In this document: positions 21,526 through 36,700 of the stretch, piece by piece
Layout: every line of letters begins with the position of its first letter
How positions within the stretch are numbered: position 1 is the stretch's first letter
From: Squalus acanthias
Lineage: Eukaryota
NCBI GenBank assembly: GCA_030390025.1
Contig: JASTWF010000180.1
Location: 372,001 to 436,000 of the forward strand
Length of the DNA stretch: 64,000 bases
Reading direction: 5' to 3'
Notes under the pieces: generated by a model
Databases searched by the model: none
What the model saw: the letters and a program-made list of their open reading frames with translations, nothing else
Told to the model about the DNA's origin: nothing
Made by a program: the position numbers and the translations under genes

Positions 21526-24500
21526 GAAAAGAGGAAATGCAGCAGTTTCCGCCATCATCAAACACCAATAAATCCAATGTTGACAGCAGTTCATAGAAAC
21601 AAAAAACTATACAGCGCAGAAAGGGGCCATTCGGCCCATAATGCCTGTGCTGGCTCATTCAAGGAGCTATTCAATTAGTCCCACTCTCCTACACTTTTCC
21701 CATAGCACTGTAAATTTTTCCATTTCGAATATTAATTCAATTCCCTTTTGAAAGTTATCATTGAATGTTGTTCCACCAGTCTTTCAGGCCGTGCACTCCA
21801 GACCATAACAACTCGCTGCTTAATATTTTTATCCTCAAGTCGCCTTTGGTTCTTTTGCCAATTGCCTTAACTCTGTGTCCTTCACCTGAAACAATTTAAC
21901 TCTGTTTCTCTCTCCACAGATGCTGCCTGACCTTCTGAGCATTTCCAGCATTTTCTGTTTTAATTTCAGGTTTCCAGCATTCGCTGTATTTTGCTTCTGT
22001 TTCCATGTTTTTGTACTCTATGCCTCTACTTATAAAGCCAATGATCCAGATTTACTTTACAACAGCCTTTTCAACTGGTCCTGCCACGTTCAAAGACCGG
22101 TGTAGGTATACCCTGATCCAGCACAACTTTTAAAATTGTACCAAATAGTTTATTTTGCCTCTCCTCATTCTTCCTACCAAAATGAATCACCTCAAACTTC
22201 TCTGCATTAAATTTCCTCTGCCGTGTGTCTGGCCATTTCATCAATCTGTCTATATCGTCTTGAGCTGTGTTACTATCCACCTCACTGTTGACTAGATATC
22301 CGAGTTTCGCGGTATACGAAAACATTAATAGTATGCCCTTTACACACAAGTCCAGGGCATTAAATTAAAGGTCAAAAAGAGCAGTGGCCCCAACAGCAAG
22401 CACTGGAGGACCCCACTGCACACTTCCTTCCAGTCAAAAAATCAACCGTTCACCACTATTCTGCGTTCTGCTAACTTCGTGATCCCGCAGCTACTGACCC
22501 TTTAATCCCATGTGCCTCAATTTTGATAACAAGTCTTTCATGGGGTATTTTATCAAACGCCAATGGAAAATCCATATACACAAGATGAAAGGCACTACCT
22601 TCATCCACTCTCTCAGTTACTTTATCAAAAAAACTGGAACAAGTTAGTCAAACACAAATGTTTTTTTATTTTTCGTTCATAGGATGTGGCAATCCAGCAT
22701 TTATTGGCCATCCCTAATTGAACTTGAGAAGGCGGTGGTGAGCCGCCTTCATGAACCGCTGCAGTCCGTATGCTGAAGGTACTCCCACAGTGCTGTTAGG
22801 GAGGGTCTTCCATAATTTTTACCCAGCGACGATTAAGAATCGGTGAAATATTTGTAAGTCAGGGTGATGTGTGACTTCGAGGGAAACTTGGAGGTGTTGG
22901 TGCTCCCGTGCGCCTGCTGCCCTGGTCCTTCTTGGTGGTAGATATCGCGGGTTTGGGAGGTGTTGCCGAAGAAGTCTTGGTGAGTTGCTGCAGTGCATCT
23001 TGTAGATGGTACACACTGCAGCCACGGTACGCCGGTGGTGGAGGGAGTGATTATTTAAGGTGATGGATGGGGTACCAATCAAGCTGGCTGCTTTCTCCTG
23101 GATTGTGTCGAGTTTCTTGTGTGTTGTTGGAGCTGCACTGATCCAGGCAAGTGGAGAGTATTCCATCGCACTCCTTACTTGTGATTTTTAGATGGCGGAA
23201 AGGCTTTGGGGAGTCAGGAGATGAGACACTCGCCGGAGGATACCTAGCCTCTGACCTGTTCTTGTGGCCACAGAATTTATGTGTCTGATTCAGTTAAGTT
23301 TCTGGTCAATGGTGAACCCCAGGATGTTGATGGTGGGGGATACGGCGATGGTAATGCCGTTGAATGTCAAGGGGAGGTGATTAGACTGTCGCTTGTTTGA
23401 GATAGTCGGTGACTGGCACTTGTGTGGCGCCAATGTTAACTGCCACTTATCAGCCCAAACCTGAACATAAGAACATAAGAAATCGGAGCAGGAGTGTGCC
23501 ATTCGGCCCTTCGAGGCTGCTCCGCCATTCAATGAGATCATGGGTGATCATCTGCCTCAGCTCCATTTATCGGCCTTATCGCCATATCCCTTGATGCCCT
23601 TACGAGTCAGAAATCTCTCGAGTTCTTTTTTGAATATAACCAATGACTGAGCCTCCCCCACCCGCTGGGGTAGAGAATTCCAAAGATTCACCAACATCTG
23701 TGTGGAAAAAATTCTTCTCATCTCAGTCTTGAATGGCCTACCCTTTATCCTGAGGCTGTGGTCCCTGGTTCTAGACTCCCCAGCCATGGGAAACATTCTC
23801 CCAGTATCCACCCTACCAAGCTCTGTAACAATTTTGTATGCTTCAATGAGATCCCCTCTCATTCTTCTGAAATCAAGAGAATATAGGCCTAGTTTACTGA
23901 ATCTCTTCTCATACGACAGTCCAGCCATCCCAGGAATCAATCTCGAAAACCTTCGTTGCACGCCCTGTATGGCAAGTATATCCTTCCTTAGGTAAGGAGA
24001 CCAAAATTGTACACAGTTCACGAGGTGTGGTCTCACCAAGGCCCTATATAATTGCAGTAAGACTTCTTTACTCCTGTACTCAAATCCTCTTGTACTGAAG
24101 GCCAGCCTTCCATTTGCCTTCCTAATGGCTTACTGCACCTGCACATTCACTTTCATTGACTCATGTACAAGGACACCTTTAAGCATCTGCATTCCCTAAT
24201 CTTTCGCCATTCAGGAAATTTCTGTTTTTTCTACTAAAGTCGGTAACTTCACATTTATCGACATTATGTTCCATCTGCCTTGTTCGCGCTCACTGAATGA
24301 GCCTGTCGAGATCCCCTTGAAACTTCTTCACATCCTCTTCGCAACTGATACTGTCACCTAGCCTTGTATCATCAGCAAATTTGCAGATGTTACACTTAGG
24401 CCCCTCTTCCTAATCATTGATATTGATTGTGAATAGCTGGGGCCCAAGCACCGATCCTTGTGATACCCCATTAGTCACAGCCTGCAATCTTGAAAAAGTC

Positions 24501-25146
24501 CCGCTTGTCACTACTCTTTGTTTTCTGTCTGTTAACTAATTCTCAATCCATGCTAGTATATTACCCGCAATTCCATGTCCCCTAATTTTGTTCACCAACC
24601 TCTTGTGTGGGACCTTATCGAAGGCCTTCTGAAAATCCAAATACACCACTTCTACCGGTTCCCCTTTGTCTACTCCACTAGTTACATCCTCAAAGAAATC
24701 CAATAGGTTTGTTAAACTGGATTTACCTTTCATCAATCCATGTTGACTCTGCCCAATCTTGCTATTAGTTTCTAAGTGCCCAGTTATTGCATCCGGTATA
24801 ATAGATTCCAGCGTCCTTGTGAACGTCCTCCAGGTCTTGTTGGATGCGGGCATGGACTGCTTCATTATCTGAGGAGTTGTGAATGCCACTGAACACTCTG
24901 CAGTCATCAGACCTACGTCAATAATGAGCCATTGTCAAGGCACAGTTTGTGTTTCGGTGGATGCTGTCACGTGTTTGCAGCCGACGTCGGTTGCATGCAA
25001 CAAATAGCTGGCGACTTCAAACCCGCCCCTTTCTGACTTTTGCATAAAGCCCCATAAGTGAGGTTCGGGTCCAACTATCCAGGACCTGCGTTGCCCACTG
25101 AGTGACTGAAGGAACGGCTGCCTAATTTAGCCGAATGCCCAGAAGC

Positions 25147-25618
25147 ATGAGGTCGGCGATTTCTCTCGGCCTACTGCTTGGTTTCCTATCCAGTGCGTAG
25201 CTATAACTGTTCCGTATTGTTCTAATCTTTCTGTTTCTCTGTTAGTCCATCTCGGGATGCGTTACAGAGCCAGGAGTCACGTCACCATTATTACTGCTTC
25301 TTTACTTTTATAGGTGTTCAGTCGGATGTGGTGTTGACTCAGCCAGAGGCAGAGACCAGGCGTCTCGGACAGTCCCTGAGACTGACCTGTAAAACCAGCG
25401 GGTTCGATCTTGGCACCGGCTGGATGTACTGGTGCCGACAAAGCCCCGGGAAGGGAATGGATTGGCTAGTTTGGTACGATAGTAAAGACAACGAGCAGTA
25501 CCATCAAGAAGTTAGAGCACGAGTTACTGCTTCCAAAGACCTTTCAAACAATATCTTCGCTTTGACTATCAAGGGATTGACACTGGGAGACAGCGCCACT
25601 TATTATTGCGCTCAGAGT
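25147..25618 (+). CDS. V6: IgM-VH-like V segment (leader 25147-25192, V exon 25314-25618) with an extra Cys in FR2 (WCRQ)
   Basis: Open frame; CDR1 [10 protein letters not shown]; TAC>TGC in WYRQ. Confidence 0.88.
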
Positions 25619-25657
25619 CACAGTGATACAGGTCAGACCCAGACTTGTACAAAAACA
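25619..25657 (+). other. 23-RSS of V6
   Basis: CACAGTG-23-ACAAAAACA. Confidence 0.95.
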
Positions 25658-28600
25658 GAAAAGAGGAAATGCAGCAGTTTCCGCCATCATCAAACACCAA
25701 TAAATCCACTGTTGACAGCAGTTCATAGAAACAAAAAAATATACAGCACAGAAAGGGGCCATCAGGCCCATAATGCCTGTGCTGGCTCTTTCAAAGAGCT
25801 ATTCAATTCGTCCCACTCTCCTACACTTTTCCCATAGACCTGTAAATATTTCTTTTTCGAGTATTTACCCAATTCCCTTTTGAAAGTTATCATTGAATTT
25901 GGTTCCACCAGTCTTTCAGGCAGTGCATTCCAGACCATAACAACTCGCTGCGTAATATTTTTATCCTGAAGTCGCCTCTGGTTCTGTTGCCAATTGCTTT
26001 AACTCTGTCCTTCACCTGAAACAATTTAACTCTGTTTCTCTCTCCACAGATGCTGCCTGACCTGCTGAGCATTTCCAGCATTTTCTTTTTTAATTTCAGG
26101 TTTCCAGCATCCGCAGTATTTTGCTTTTGTTTCCATGTTTTTGTACTCTATGCCTCTACTTATAAAGCCAATGATCCAGATTTACTTTACAACAGCCTTT
26201 TCAACTGGTATTGCCACGTTCAAAGACGGGTGTAGCTATACCCTGTTATAGCACCCCATTTAAAATTGTACCAAATAGTTTATATTGCCTCTCCTCATTC
26301 TTCCTACCAAAATGAATCACCTCAAACTTCTCTGCATTAAAATTCCTCTGCCGTGTGTCTGGCCATTTCATCAATCTGTCTATATCGTCCTGAGCTGTGT
26401 TACTATCCTCCTCACTGTTCACTAGATTTCCGAGTTTCGTGTTATCTGAAAACATTGAAAGTATGCCCCTTACACACAAGTCCAGGGCATTACTATAAAG
26501 TTCAAAACGAGCAGTGCCCCCAACACCGAGCACTGGAGGACACGACTGCACACTTCCTTCCAGTCAGAATATCAACCGTTCACCACTATTCTGCGTTCTG
26601 CACCTCAGCTAACTTCGTGTTCCCGCAGCGACTGTCCCTTCGTTCATGGATGTAGCAAGGCCAGCATTTATTGTCCATCCCTAATTGCCCTTGAGAAAGC
26701 GGTGGTGAGCCGCCTTCTTGAAACGCTACAGTCCTTGTGATGAAGGTACTCACACAGTGCTGTTAGGTAGGGAGTTCCAAGATTTTGACCCAGCGACGAT
26801 TAAAGATCGGCGATATACTTGTATGTCAGGATGATGTGTGCCTTCGAGGGAAACTTGGAGGTGTTGTTGTTCCCGTGCGCCTGCTGCCCTGGTCCTTCTA
26901 GGTGTTAGAGGTGGCGGTTTTGGGAGGTGCTGCCGAAGAAGCCTTGGTGAGTTGCTGCAGTACATCTTGTAGATGGTACGCACGACAGCCACGTTGCGCC
27001 GGTGGTGGAGGGAGTGAATGTTTAAGGTGTTGGCTGGGGTGCCGATCAAGCGGGCTGCTTTGTCCTGGATGGTGTCGAGTTTCTTGAGTGTTGTTGGAGC
27101 TGAACTGATCCAGGCAAGTGGAGAGTATTCCATCACACTCCTTACTTGTGATTTGTAGATGGTGGAAAGGCTTTGGGGAGTCAGGAGGTGAGACACTCGC
27201 CGCCAAATACCCTGCCTCTGACCTGCTCTTGTGGCCACAGAATTTATGTGGCTGATCCAGTTAAGTTTCTGGTCAATGGTGATCCCCAGGATGTTGATGG
27301 TGGGGGATTCGGCGATGGTAATGCCGTTGAATGTCAAGGAGAGGTGATTAGACACTCGCTTGTTGGAGTTAGTCATTGCCAATGTTAACTGCCACTTATC
27401 AGCCCAAACCTTAACATAAGAACATAAGAACATAAGAAATAGGAGCAGGAGTAGACCATTCGGCCCTTCGAGCCTGCTCCGCCATTCAATGAGATCATGG
27501 CTGATCTTCAGCCTCAACTTCATTCACCAGCCCTATCGCCAAACCCCTTGATGCCCTTACTAGTCAGAAATCTATCAACTTCTGTTTTGAATATACCCAA
27601 TGACTGAGCCTCCACAGCCCAGTGGGCAACAGAATCCAAAGATTCACCATCCTCTGTGTGATGAAATTTTTCTCATCTCAGTCCTGAATTGCCTATCCTT
27701 TATCCTGTGGCTGTGGCCCCTGGTTCTAGACTCCCCAGCCAAGGGAAACATTCTCCCAGCATCCACCCTATCAAGCTCTGTAACAATTTGGTATGCTTCA
27801 GTGAGATCCCCTCTCATTCTTCTGAATTCAAGAGAATACAGGCCTAGTTTACTCATCTCTTCTCATACAACAGTCCCGGCATCCCAGGAATCAATCTCGT
27901 GAACCTTCGTTGCACGCCCTCTATGGCAAGTATATCCTTCCTGAGGTAAGGAGACCAAAATTGTACACAGTACTGCAGGTTTGGTCTCACCAAGAACCTA
28001 TATAATTGGAGTAAGACTTCTTTAATCCTGTACTCAAATCCTCTTGTAATGAATGCCAGCTTACCATTTTCCTTCCTAATGGCTTGCTGCACCTGCACAT
28101 TCACATTCAGTGACTCGTGTACAAGGACACCCAGTACCCTTTGAGCACCTGCATTCCCCAATCTTTCACCAATCAGGAAATTTCTACTTTTTCTGCCAAA
28201 GTTGATAACTTCACATTTATTCACATTATGTTCCATCTGCCATGTTCAGGCTCACTCAGTGAGCCTGTCGAAATCCCCTGGAAACCTCTTCACATCCTCT
28301 TCAAAACTGACACTGCCACCTAGCTTTGTACTATCAGCAAATTTGGAAATGTTACATTTAGTCCCCTCATCCAATTCATTGATATACATTGTGTATCGCT
28401 GGGGCCCAAGCACCGATGCTTGCGGTACAGCACCAGTCACAGCCTGCCATCCTGAAAAAGTCCGTATATCCCTACTCTTTCTTTTCTGTCTGTTAACTAA
28501 TTCTCAATCCATGCGAGTATATTACCCCCAATTCCATGTGCCCTAATTTTGTTCACCAACCTCTTGTGTGGGACCTTATCGAAGGCCTTCTGAAATTCCA

Positions 28601-29106
28601 AATACACCACGTCTTCCGGTTCCCCTTTGTCAACTCCACTAGTCACATACTCAAAGAACTACTTTAGATTTGTTAAACAGGAGTTCCCTTTCTAAATCCA
28701 TGTTGACTCTGCCCAATCTTACTATTAATTTCTACGTGCCCATTTATTGAATCCTTTATAATAAATTCCAGCGTCTATCTGAACGTCGTCCAGGTCTTGT
28801 TGAATGCGGGCATGGACTGCTGCATTATCTGAGGAGTTGTGAATGCCACTGAACACTGTGCAGTCATCAGAAATACGTCAATAATGAGCCATTGTAAAGG
28901 CACAGTTTGTGTTTCGGTGGATGCTGTCACGTGATTGCAGTCGACGTCGGTTGCAGGCAACCAATAGCTGGCGACTTCAAACCCGACCTTCTCTTGCTTT
29001 TGCATAAAGCCCATAAGTGAGGTTCGGGATCCAACAATCCGTGAACTGCGTTGCCGAGTGAGTGACTGAAGGAGCGGCTGCCTAATTGAGCCAAATGCCC
29101 GGAAGG

Positions 29107-29576
29107 ATGATGTCGGCGATTTCTCTCGGCCTACTGCTTGGTTTCCTATCCAGTGCGTAGCTATAACTGTTCCATATTGTTCCAATTTTTCTGTTTCACT
29201 GTTAGTCCCTCTTGGGGGGCGTTACAGAGCTAGGAGTCACCACCATAATTAATGCTTCTTTACTTTTATAGGTGTCCAGTCGGATGTGGTGTTGACTCAG
29301 CCAGAGGCAGAGACCAGGCGTCTCGGACAGTCCCTGAGACTGACCTGTAAAACCAGCGGGTTCAATCTTGGCAGCGACTATATGTACTGGTACCGACAAA
29401 GCCCCGGGAAGGGAATGGATTGGCTCGTTTGGTACTATAGTAAAGACAACAAGCAGTACCATCAAGAAGTTAGAGAACGATTTACTGCTTCCAAAGACCT
29501 TTCAAACAATATCTTCGCTTTGGGTATCAAGGGATTGACACTGGGAGACAGCGCCACTTATTATTGCGCACACAGT
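29107..29576 (+). CDS. V7: IgM-VH-like V segment (leader 29107-29152, V exon 29272-29576)
   Basis: Open frame; CDR1 [10 protein letters not shown]; ERFTASKD. Confidence 0.9.
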
Positions 29577-29615
29577 CACAGTGATACAGGTCAGACCCAG
29601 ACTTGTACAAAAACA
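29577..29615 (+). other. 23-RSS of V7
   Basis: CACAGTG-23-ACAAAAACA. Confidence 0.95.
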
Positions 29616-32600
29616 GAAAAGAGGAAATGCAGCAGTTTCCGCCATCATCAAACACCAATAAATCCACTGTTGACAGCAGCTCATAGAAACAAAAATCTAT
29701 ACATCACAGAAAGGGGCCATTCGGCCCATTATGCCTGTGCTGGCTCATTCAAAGAGCTATTCAATTAGCCCCACTCTCCTACACTTTTCCCATAGCCCTG
29801 TAAATTTTTCTTTTTCGAGTATTTATCCAATTCCGTTTTGAAAGTTATCATTGAATTTGGTTCCGCCAGTCTTTCAGGCAGTGCAATCCAGACCATAACA
29901 ACTCGCTGCGTAATATTTTTATCCTCAAGTCGCCTCTGGTTCTGTTGCCAATTGCCGTAACTCTGTGTCCTTCACCTGAAACAATTTAACTCTGTTTCTC
30001 TCTCCACAGATGCGGCCTGACCTGCTGAGCCTTTCCAGCATTTTCTGTTTTAATTTCAGGTTTCCAGCATCCACAGTATTTTGCTTTTGTTTCCATGTTT
30101 TTGTACTCTATGCCTCTACTTATAAAGCCAATGATCCAGATTTACTTTACAACAGCCTTTTCGAATTGTCGTGCCACGTTCAAAGACGGGTGTAGGTATA
30201 CCCTGTTCCAGCACCCCGTTTAAAATTGTACCAAATAGTTTATTTTGCCTCTCCTCATTCCTCCTACCTGAATGAATCACCTCAAACTACTCTGCATTAA
30301 ATTTCCTCTGCCGTGTGTTTGGTCATTTCATCACTCTGTCGATATCGTCCTGAGCTGTGTTACTATCCTCATCACTGTTCACTAGACTTCCGAGTTTCGT
30401 GTTATCTGAAAACATTGAAAGTATGCCCTTTACACACAAGTCCAGGGCATTACTATAAAGATCAAAAAGAGCTGTGGCCCCAACACCGAGCTCTGGAGGA
30501 CACCACTGCACAGTTCCTTCCAGTCAGAAAATCAACGTTTCAACACTATTCTGCGTTCTGCCCCTCAGCTAACTTCGTGATCCCGCAGGTACTGCCCCTT
30601 TAATCCCATGTGCTTTAATTTTGCTAACAAGTCTATCTTGGGGTATTTTATCAAACGCCAATGGAAAATCAATGCACACAACATGAAACGCAGTACCTTC
30701 ATCCACCCTCTGTTACTTTATCAAAAAAACTGGAACAAGTTAATCAAACACAAATGTTGTTTTATTCTTCGTTCATGGGATGTGGCAAGGCCAGCATTTA
30801 TTGGCCATCCCTAATTGCCCCTGAGAAGGCGGTGGTGAGCCGCCTCCTTGAACCGCAGCAGTCGGTGTGCTTTTAGAGAGGGACTTCCAGGATTTTGACC
30901 CAGCGACGATGAAGGATTGGCGATATATTTGTAAGTCAGAAAGGTGTGTGACTTCGAGGGGAACTTGGAGGTGGCGGTGTTCCCGTGCGCCTGCTGCCCT
31001 TGTCCTTCTTGGTGGTAGATGTCCCGGGGTTGAGGGGTGGTGCCGAAGAAGTCTTGGTGAGTTGATGCAGTGCATCTTGTAGATGGTAAGCACTGCTGCC
31101 ATGGTACGTCGGTGTGTGGACGGAGTGAATGTTTAAGTTGGTGGATGGGGTGCCAATCAAGTGGGCTGCTTTGTCCTGGCCGTTGTCGAGTTTCTTGTGT
31201 GTTGTTGGAGCTGCAGTGATCCAGGCAAGTGTAGAGTATTCCATCACACTCCTTACTTCTGCCGTGTAGATGGTGGAAAGGCTTTGGAGAGTCAGGAGGT
31301 GAGACACTCGCGGCAAAATACCCAGCCTCTGACCTGCTCTTGTTGCCACAGTATTTATGTGACTGGTCCAGTTAAGTTTCTGGTCAATGGTGACCCCCAG
31401 ATTTTGATGGTGGTGGATTCAGTGATGGTGATGCATTTGAATGTCAAGGGGAAATGATTGGACTCTCGATTGTTGGAGATAGTCATTGCCTGGCAATTGT
31501 GTGGCGCCAATGTTAACTGCCACTTATCAGCCCAAACCTGAACATAAAAACACAAGAACATAAGAAATAGGAGCAGGAGTAGGCCATTCGGCCCTTCTAG
31601 CCTGCTACGCCGTTCAATGAGATAATGGCTGATTTTCTGCCTTAACTCCATTCACCAGCACTATCAGCATATCCGTTGATGCCCTTACTAGTCAGAAAAC
31701 TATCGACTTCTGTTTTGAATATACCCAACGACTGAGCCTCCACAGCCCTATGGTATAGAAAATTCCAAAGATTCACCAACATCTGTGTGAAAAAAAATCC
31801 TCTCCTCTCAGTCCAGAAGGGCCTACCCTTTATCCTGAGGCTGTGGCCCCTGGTCTTCGACTCCGCAGCCAAGGGAATCATTCTCCCAGCATCCACCCTA
31901 TCAAGCCCTGTAACAATTTAGTATGCTTCAATGAGATGCCCTCTCATTCTTCTGAATTCAAGAGAATACAGGCCGAGTTTACTCAATCTCTTCTCATACG
32001 ACAGTCCATCCATCCCAGGAAGCAATCTCGTGGAACTTCGTTGCACGCCCTCTATGGCAAGTATATCCTTCCTTAGGTAAGGAGACCAAAATTGTACACA
32101 GTTCACGAGGTGTGGTCTCACCAAGGCCCGATATAATTGGAGTAAGACTTCTTTACTCCTGTACTCAAATCCTCTTGTACTGAAGGCCAGCCTTCCATTT
32201 GCCTTCCTAATGGCTTACTGCACCTGCACATTCACTTTCATTGACTCATGTACAAGGACACCGAGGTCCCTTTGAGCATCTGCATTCCCCAATCTTTCAC
32301 CATTCAGGAAATTTCTGTTTTTTCTACTAAAGTCGATAACTTCACATTTATCGACATTATGTTCCATCTGCCTTGTTCGCGCTCACTGAGTGAGCCTGTC
32401 GAGATCCCCTTGAAACTTCTTCACATCCTCTTCGCAACTGACACTGTCACCTAGCTTTGTATCATCAGCAAATTTGCAGATGTTACACTTAGGCCCCTCT
32501 TCCTAATCATTGATATAGATTGTGAATAGCTGGGGCGCAAGCACCGATCCTTGTGATACCCCATTAGTCACAGCCTGCAATCTTCAAAAAGTCTCACTTA

Positions 32601-33239
32601 TCACTACTCTTTGTTTTCTGTCTGTTAACTAATTCTCAATCCATGCTAGTATATTGCCCGCAATTCCATGTCCCCTAATTTTGTTCACCAACCTCTTGTG
32701 TGGGACCTTATCGAAGGCCTTCTGAAAATCCAAATACACACATCTACCGGTTCCCCTTTGTCTACTCCACTAGTTACATCCTCAAAGAACTCCAATAGGT
32801 TTGCTAAACAGAATTTCACTTTCATACACCCATGTTGACTCTGCCCAATCTTAATATTAATTTCTAAGTGCCCAGGTATTGCATTCGTTACAATAGATTC
32901 CAGTGTCTATGTGAACGTCCTCCAGGTCTTGTTGGATGCGGGCATGGACTGCTTCATTATCTGAGGAGTTGTGAATGCCACTGAACACTGTGCAGTCATC
33001 AGACCTACGTCAAGAATGAGCCATTGTAAAGGCACAGTTTGGGTTTCGGTGGATGCTGTCACGTGTTAGCAGTCGACGTCGGTTGCATGCAACCAACAGC
33101 TGGCGACTTCACGCACGCCCCTTTCTGCCTTTTGCATAAAGCCCCTTAAGTGAGGATCGGGATCCAACAATCCGGGACCTGAGTTGCCCAGTGAGTGACT
33201 GAAGGAACGGCTGCCTAATTCAGTCAAATGCCCAGAAGG

Positions 33240-33711
33240 ATGAGGTCGGCGATTTCTCTCGGCCTGCTGCTTGGTTTCGTGTCCAGTGCGTAGCTATAAC
33301 TGTTCCGAATTGTTCTAATCTTTCTGTTTCTCTGTTAGTCCCTCTTGGGGGGTGTTACAAATCCAGGAGTCGCTTCACCATAATTAATGCTTCTTTACTT
33401 TTACAGGTGTCCAGTCGGATGTGGTGTTGACTCAGCCAGAGGCAGAGACCAGGCGTCTCGGACAGTCCCTGAGACTGACCTGTAAAACCAGCGGGTTCGA
33501 TCTTAGCAGCAATTGGATGTACTGGTACCGACAAAGCCCCGGGAAGGGAATGGATTTGCTAGTTTTGTACCATAGTAAAGACAACAAGCAGTACGATCAA
33601 GAATTTAGAGAACGAGTTACAGCTTCCAAAGACCTTTCAAACAATATCTTCGCTTTGGATATCAAGGGATTGACACTGGGAGACAGCGCCACTTATTATT
33701 GCGTACAAAGT
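33240..33711 (+). CDS. V8: IgM-VH-like V segment (leader 33240-33285, V exon 33407-33711)
   Basis: Open frame; CDR1 [10 protein letters not shown]; FR2 GMDLLVL (W>L). Confidence 0.9.
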
Positions 33712-33750
33712 CACAGTGATACAGGTCAGACCCAGACTTGCACAAAAACA
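33712..33750 (+). other. 23-RSS of V8
   Basis: CACAGTG-23-ACAAAAACA. Confidence 0.95.
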
Positions 33751-36700
33751 GAAAAGAGGAAATGCAGCAGTTTCCGCCATCATCAAACACCAATAAATCC
33801 AATGTTGACAGCAGTTCATAGAAACAAAAAACTATACAGCACAGAAAGGGGCCATTCGGCCCATAATGCCTGTGCTGGCTCATTCAAAGAGCTATTCAAT
33901 TAGTCACACTCTCCTACACTTTTCCCATAGCCCTGTATTTTTTTATTTTTCGAGTAGTTATCGAATTCCCTTTTCAAAGTTATCATTGAATTTGGTTCCA
34001 CCAGTCTTTCAAGCATTGCATTCCAGACCATAACAACTCGCTGCGGAATATTTTTATCCTCAAGTCGACTCTGGTTCTGTTGCCAATTGCCTTAACTCTG
34101 TGTCCTTCACCTGAAACAATTTAACTCTGTTTCTCTCTCCACAGATGCTGCCTGACCTGCTGAGCCTTTCCAGCATTTTCTGTTTTAATTTCAGGTTTCC
34201 AGCATCCGCAGTATTTTGCTTTTGTTTCCATGTTTTTGTACTCTATGCCTCTACTTATAAAGGCAATGATCCAGATTTACTTTACAACAGCCTTTTCAAC
34301 TGGTATTGCCACGTTCAAAGACGGGTGTAGCTATACCCTGTTATAGCACCCCATTTAAAATTGTACCAAATAGTTTATATTGCCTCTCCTCATTCTTCCT
34401 ACCAAAATGAATCACCTCAAACTTCTCTGCATTAAATTTCCTCTGCCGTGTGTCTGGCCATTTCATCAATCTGTCTATATCGTCCTGAGCTGTGTTACTA
34501 TCCTCCTCACAGTTCACTAGATTTCCGAGTTTCGTGTTATCTGAAAACATTGAAAGTATGCCCCTTACACACAAGTCCAGGGCATTACTATAAAGATCAA
34601 AACGAGCAGTGCCCCCAACACCGAGCACTGGAGGACACCACTGCATACTTCCTTCCAGTCAGAATATCAACCGTTCACCACTATTCTGCGTTCTGCACCT
34701 CAGCTAACATCGTGTTCCCGCAGCGACTGTCCCTTCGTTCATGGGATGCAGCAAGGCCAGAATTTATTGGCCATCCCTAATTGCCCTTGAGAAGGCGGTG
34801 GTGAGCCGCCTTCTTGAACCGCTACAGTCCGTGTGATGAAGGTACTCACACAGTGCTGTTAGGGAGGGAGTTCCAAGATTTTCACCCAGCGACGATTAAG
34901 GATCGGCGATATACTTGTAAGTCAGGGTGATGTGTGCCTTCGAGGGAAACTTGGAGGTGTTGGTGTTCCCGTGTGCCTGCTGCCCTGGTCCTTCTAGGTG
35001 GTAGAGGTGGCGGTTTTGGGAGGTGCTGCCGAAGAAGCCTTGGTGAGTTGCTGCAGTGCATCTTGTAGATGGTACGCACTACAGCCACGTTGCGCCGGTG
35101 GTGGAGGGAGTGAATGTTTAAGGTGTTGGATGGGGTGCCGGTCAAGCGGGCTGCTTCGTCCTGGATGGTGTCGAGTTTCTTGAGTGTTGTTGGAGCTGAA
35201 CTGATCCAGTAAAGTGGAGAGTATTCCATCACACTCCTTACTTGTGATTTGTAGATGGTGGAAAGGCTTTGGGGCGTCAGGAGGTGAGACACTCGCCGCC
35301 AAATACCCTGCCTCTGACCTGCTCTTGTGGCCACAGAATTTATGTGGCTGATCCAGTTAAGTTTCTGGTAAACGGTGATCCCCAGGATGTTTATGCTGGG
35401 GGATTCGGCGATGGTAATGCCGTTGAAGTCAAGGAGAGTTGATTAGACTCTCGCTTGTTGGAGTTAGTCATTGTCAATGTTAACTGCCACTTGTCATCCT
35501 AAACCTTAACATAAGAACATAAGAACATAAGAACATAAGAAATAGGAGCAGGAGTAGACCATTCGGCCCTTCAAGCCTGCTCCGCCATTCAATGAGATCA
35601 TGGCTGATCTTCAGCCTCAACTTCATTCACCAGCCCTATCGCCAAACCCCTTGATGCCCTTACTGGTCAGAAATATATCAACTTCTGTTTTGAATATACC
35701 CAATGACTGTGCCTCCACAGCCCAGTGGGCTAGAGAATCCAAAGATTAACCATCCTCTTTGTGATGAAATTTTTCTCATCTCAGTCCTGAATGGCCTATC
35801 CTTTATCCTGTGGCTGGAGCCCCTGGTTCTAGACTCCCCAGCCAAGGGAAACATTCTCCCAGCATCCACCCTATCAAGCTCTGTATCAATTTGGTATGCT
35901 TCAATGAGATCCCCTCTCATTCTTCTGAATTCAAGAGAATGCAGGCCTAGTTAACTCAATCTCTTCTCATACAACAGTCCCGGCATCCCAGGAATCAATC
36001 TCGTGAACCTTCCTTGTACGCCGTCTATGGCAAGTATATCCTTCCTTAGGTAAGGTGACCAAAATTGTACACAGGACTCCAGGTTTGGTCTCACCAAGAA
36101 CCTATATAATTGGAGTAAGACTTCTTTACTCCTGTTCTCAAATCCTCTTGTAATGAATGCCAGCATACCATTTGCCTTCCTAATGGCTTGCTGCACCTGC
36201 ACATTCACTTTCAGTGACTCATGTACAAGGACACACAGTACCCTTTGAGCACCTGCATTCCCCAATCTTTCACCAATCATGAAATTTCTATTTTTTCTAC
36301 CAAAGTTGTTAACTTCACATTTATTCACATTATGTTCCATCTGCCATGTTCACGCTCACTCAGTGAGCCTGTCGAGATCCCCTGGAAACCTCTTCACATC
36401 CTCTTCAAAACTGACACTGCCACCTAGCTTTGTACTATCAGCAAATTTGGAAATGTTACATTTCGTCCCCTCATCCAATTCATTGATATACATTGTGTAT
36501 AGCTGGGACCCAAGCACCGATGCTTGCGGTACAGCACCAGTCACAGCCTGCCATCCTGAAAAAGTCCGTATATCCCTACTCTTTCTTTTCTGTCTGTTAA
36601 CTAATTCTCAATCCATGCGAGTATATTACCCCCAATTCCATGTGCCCTAATTTTGTTCACCAACCTCTTGTGTGGGACCTTATCGAAGGCCTTCTGAAAT

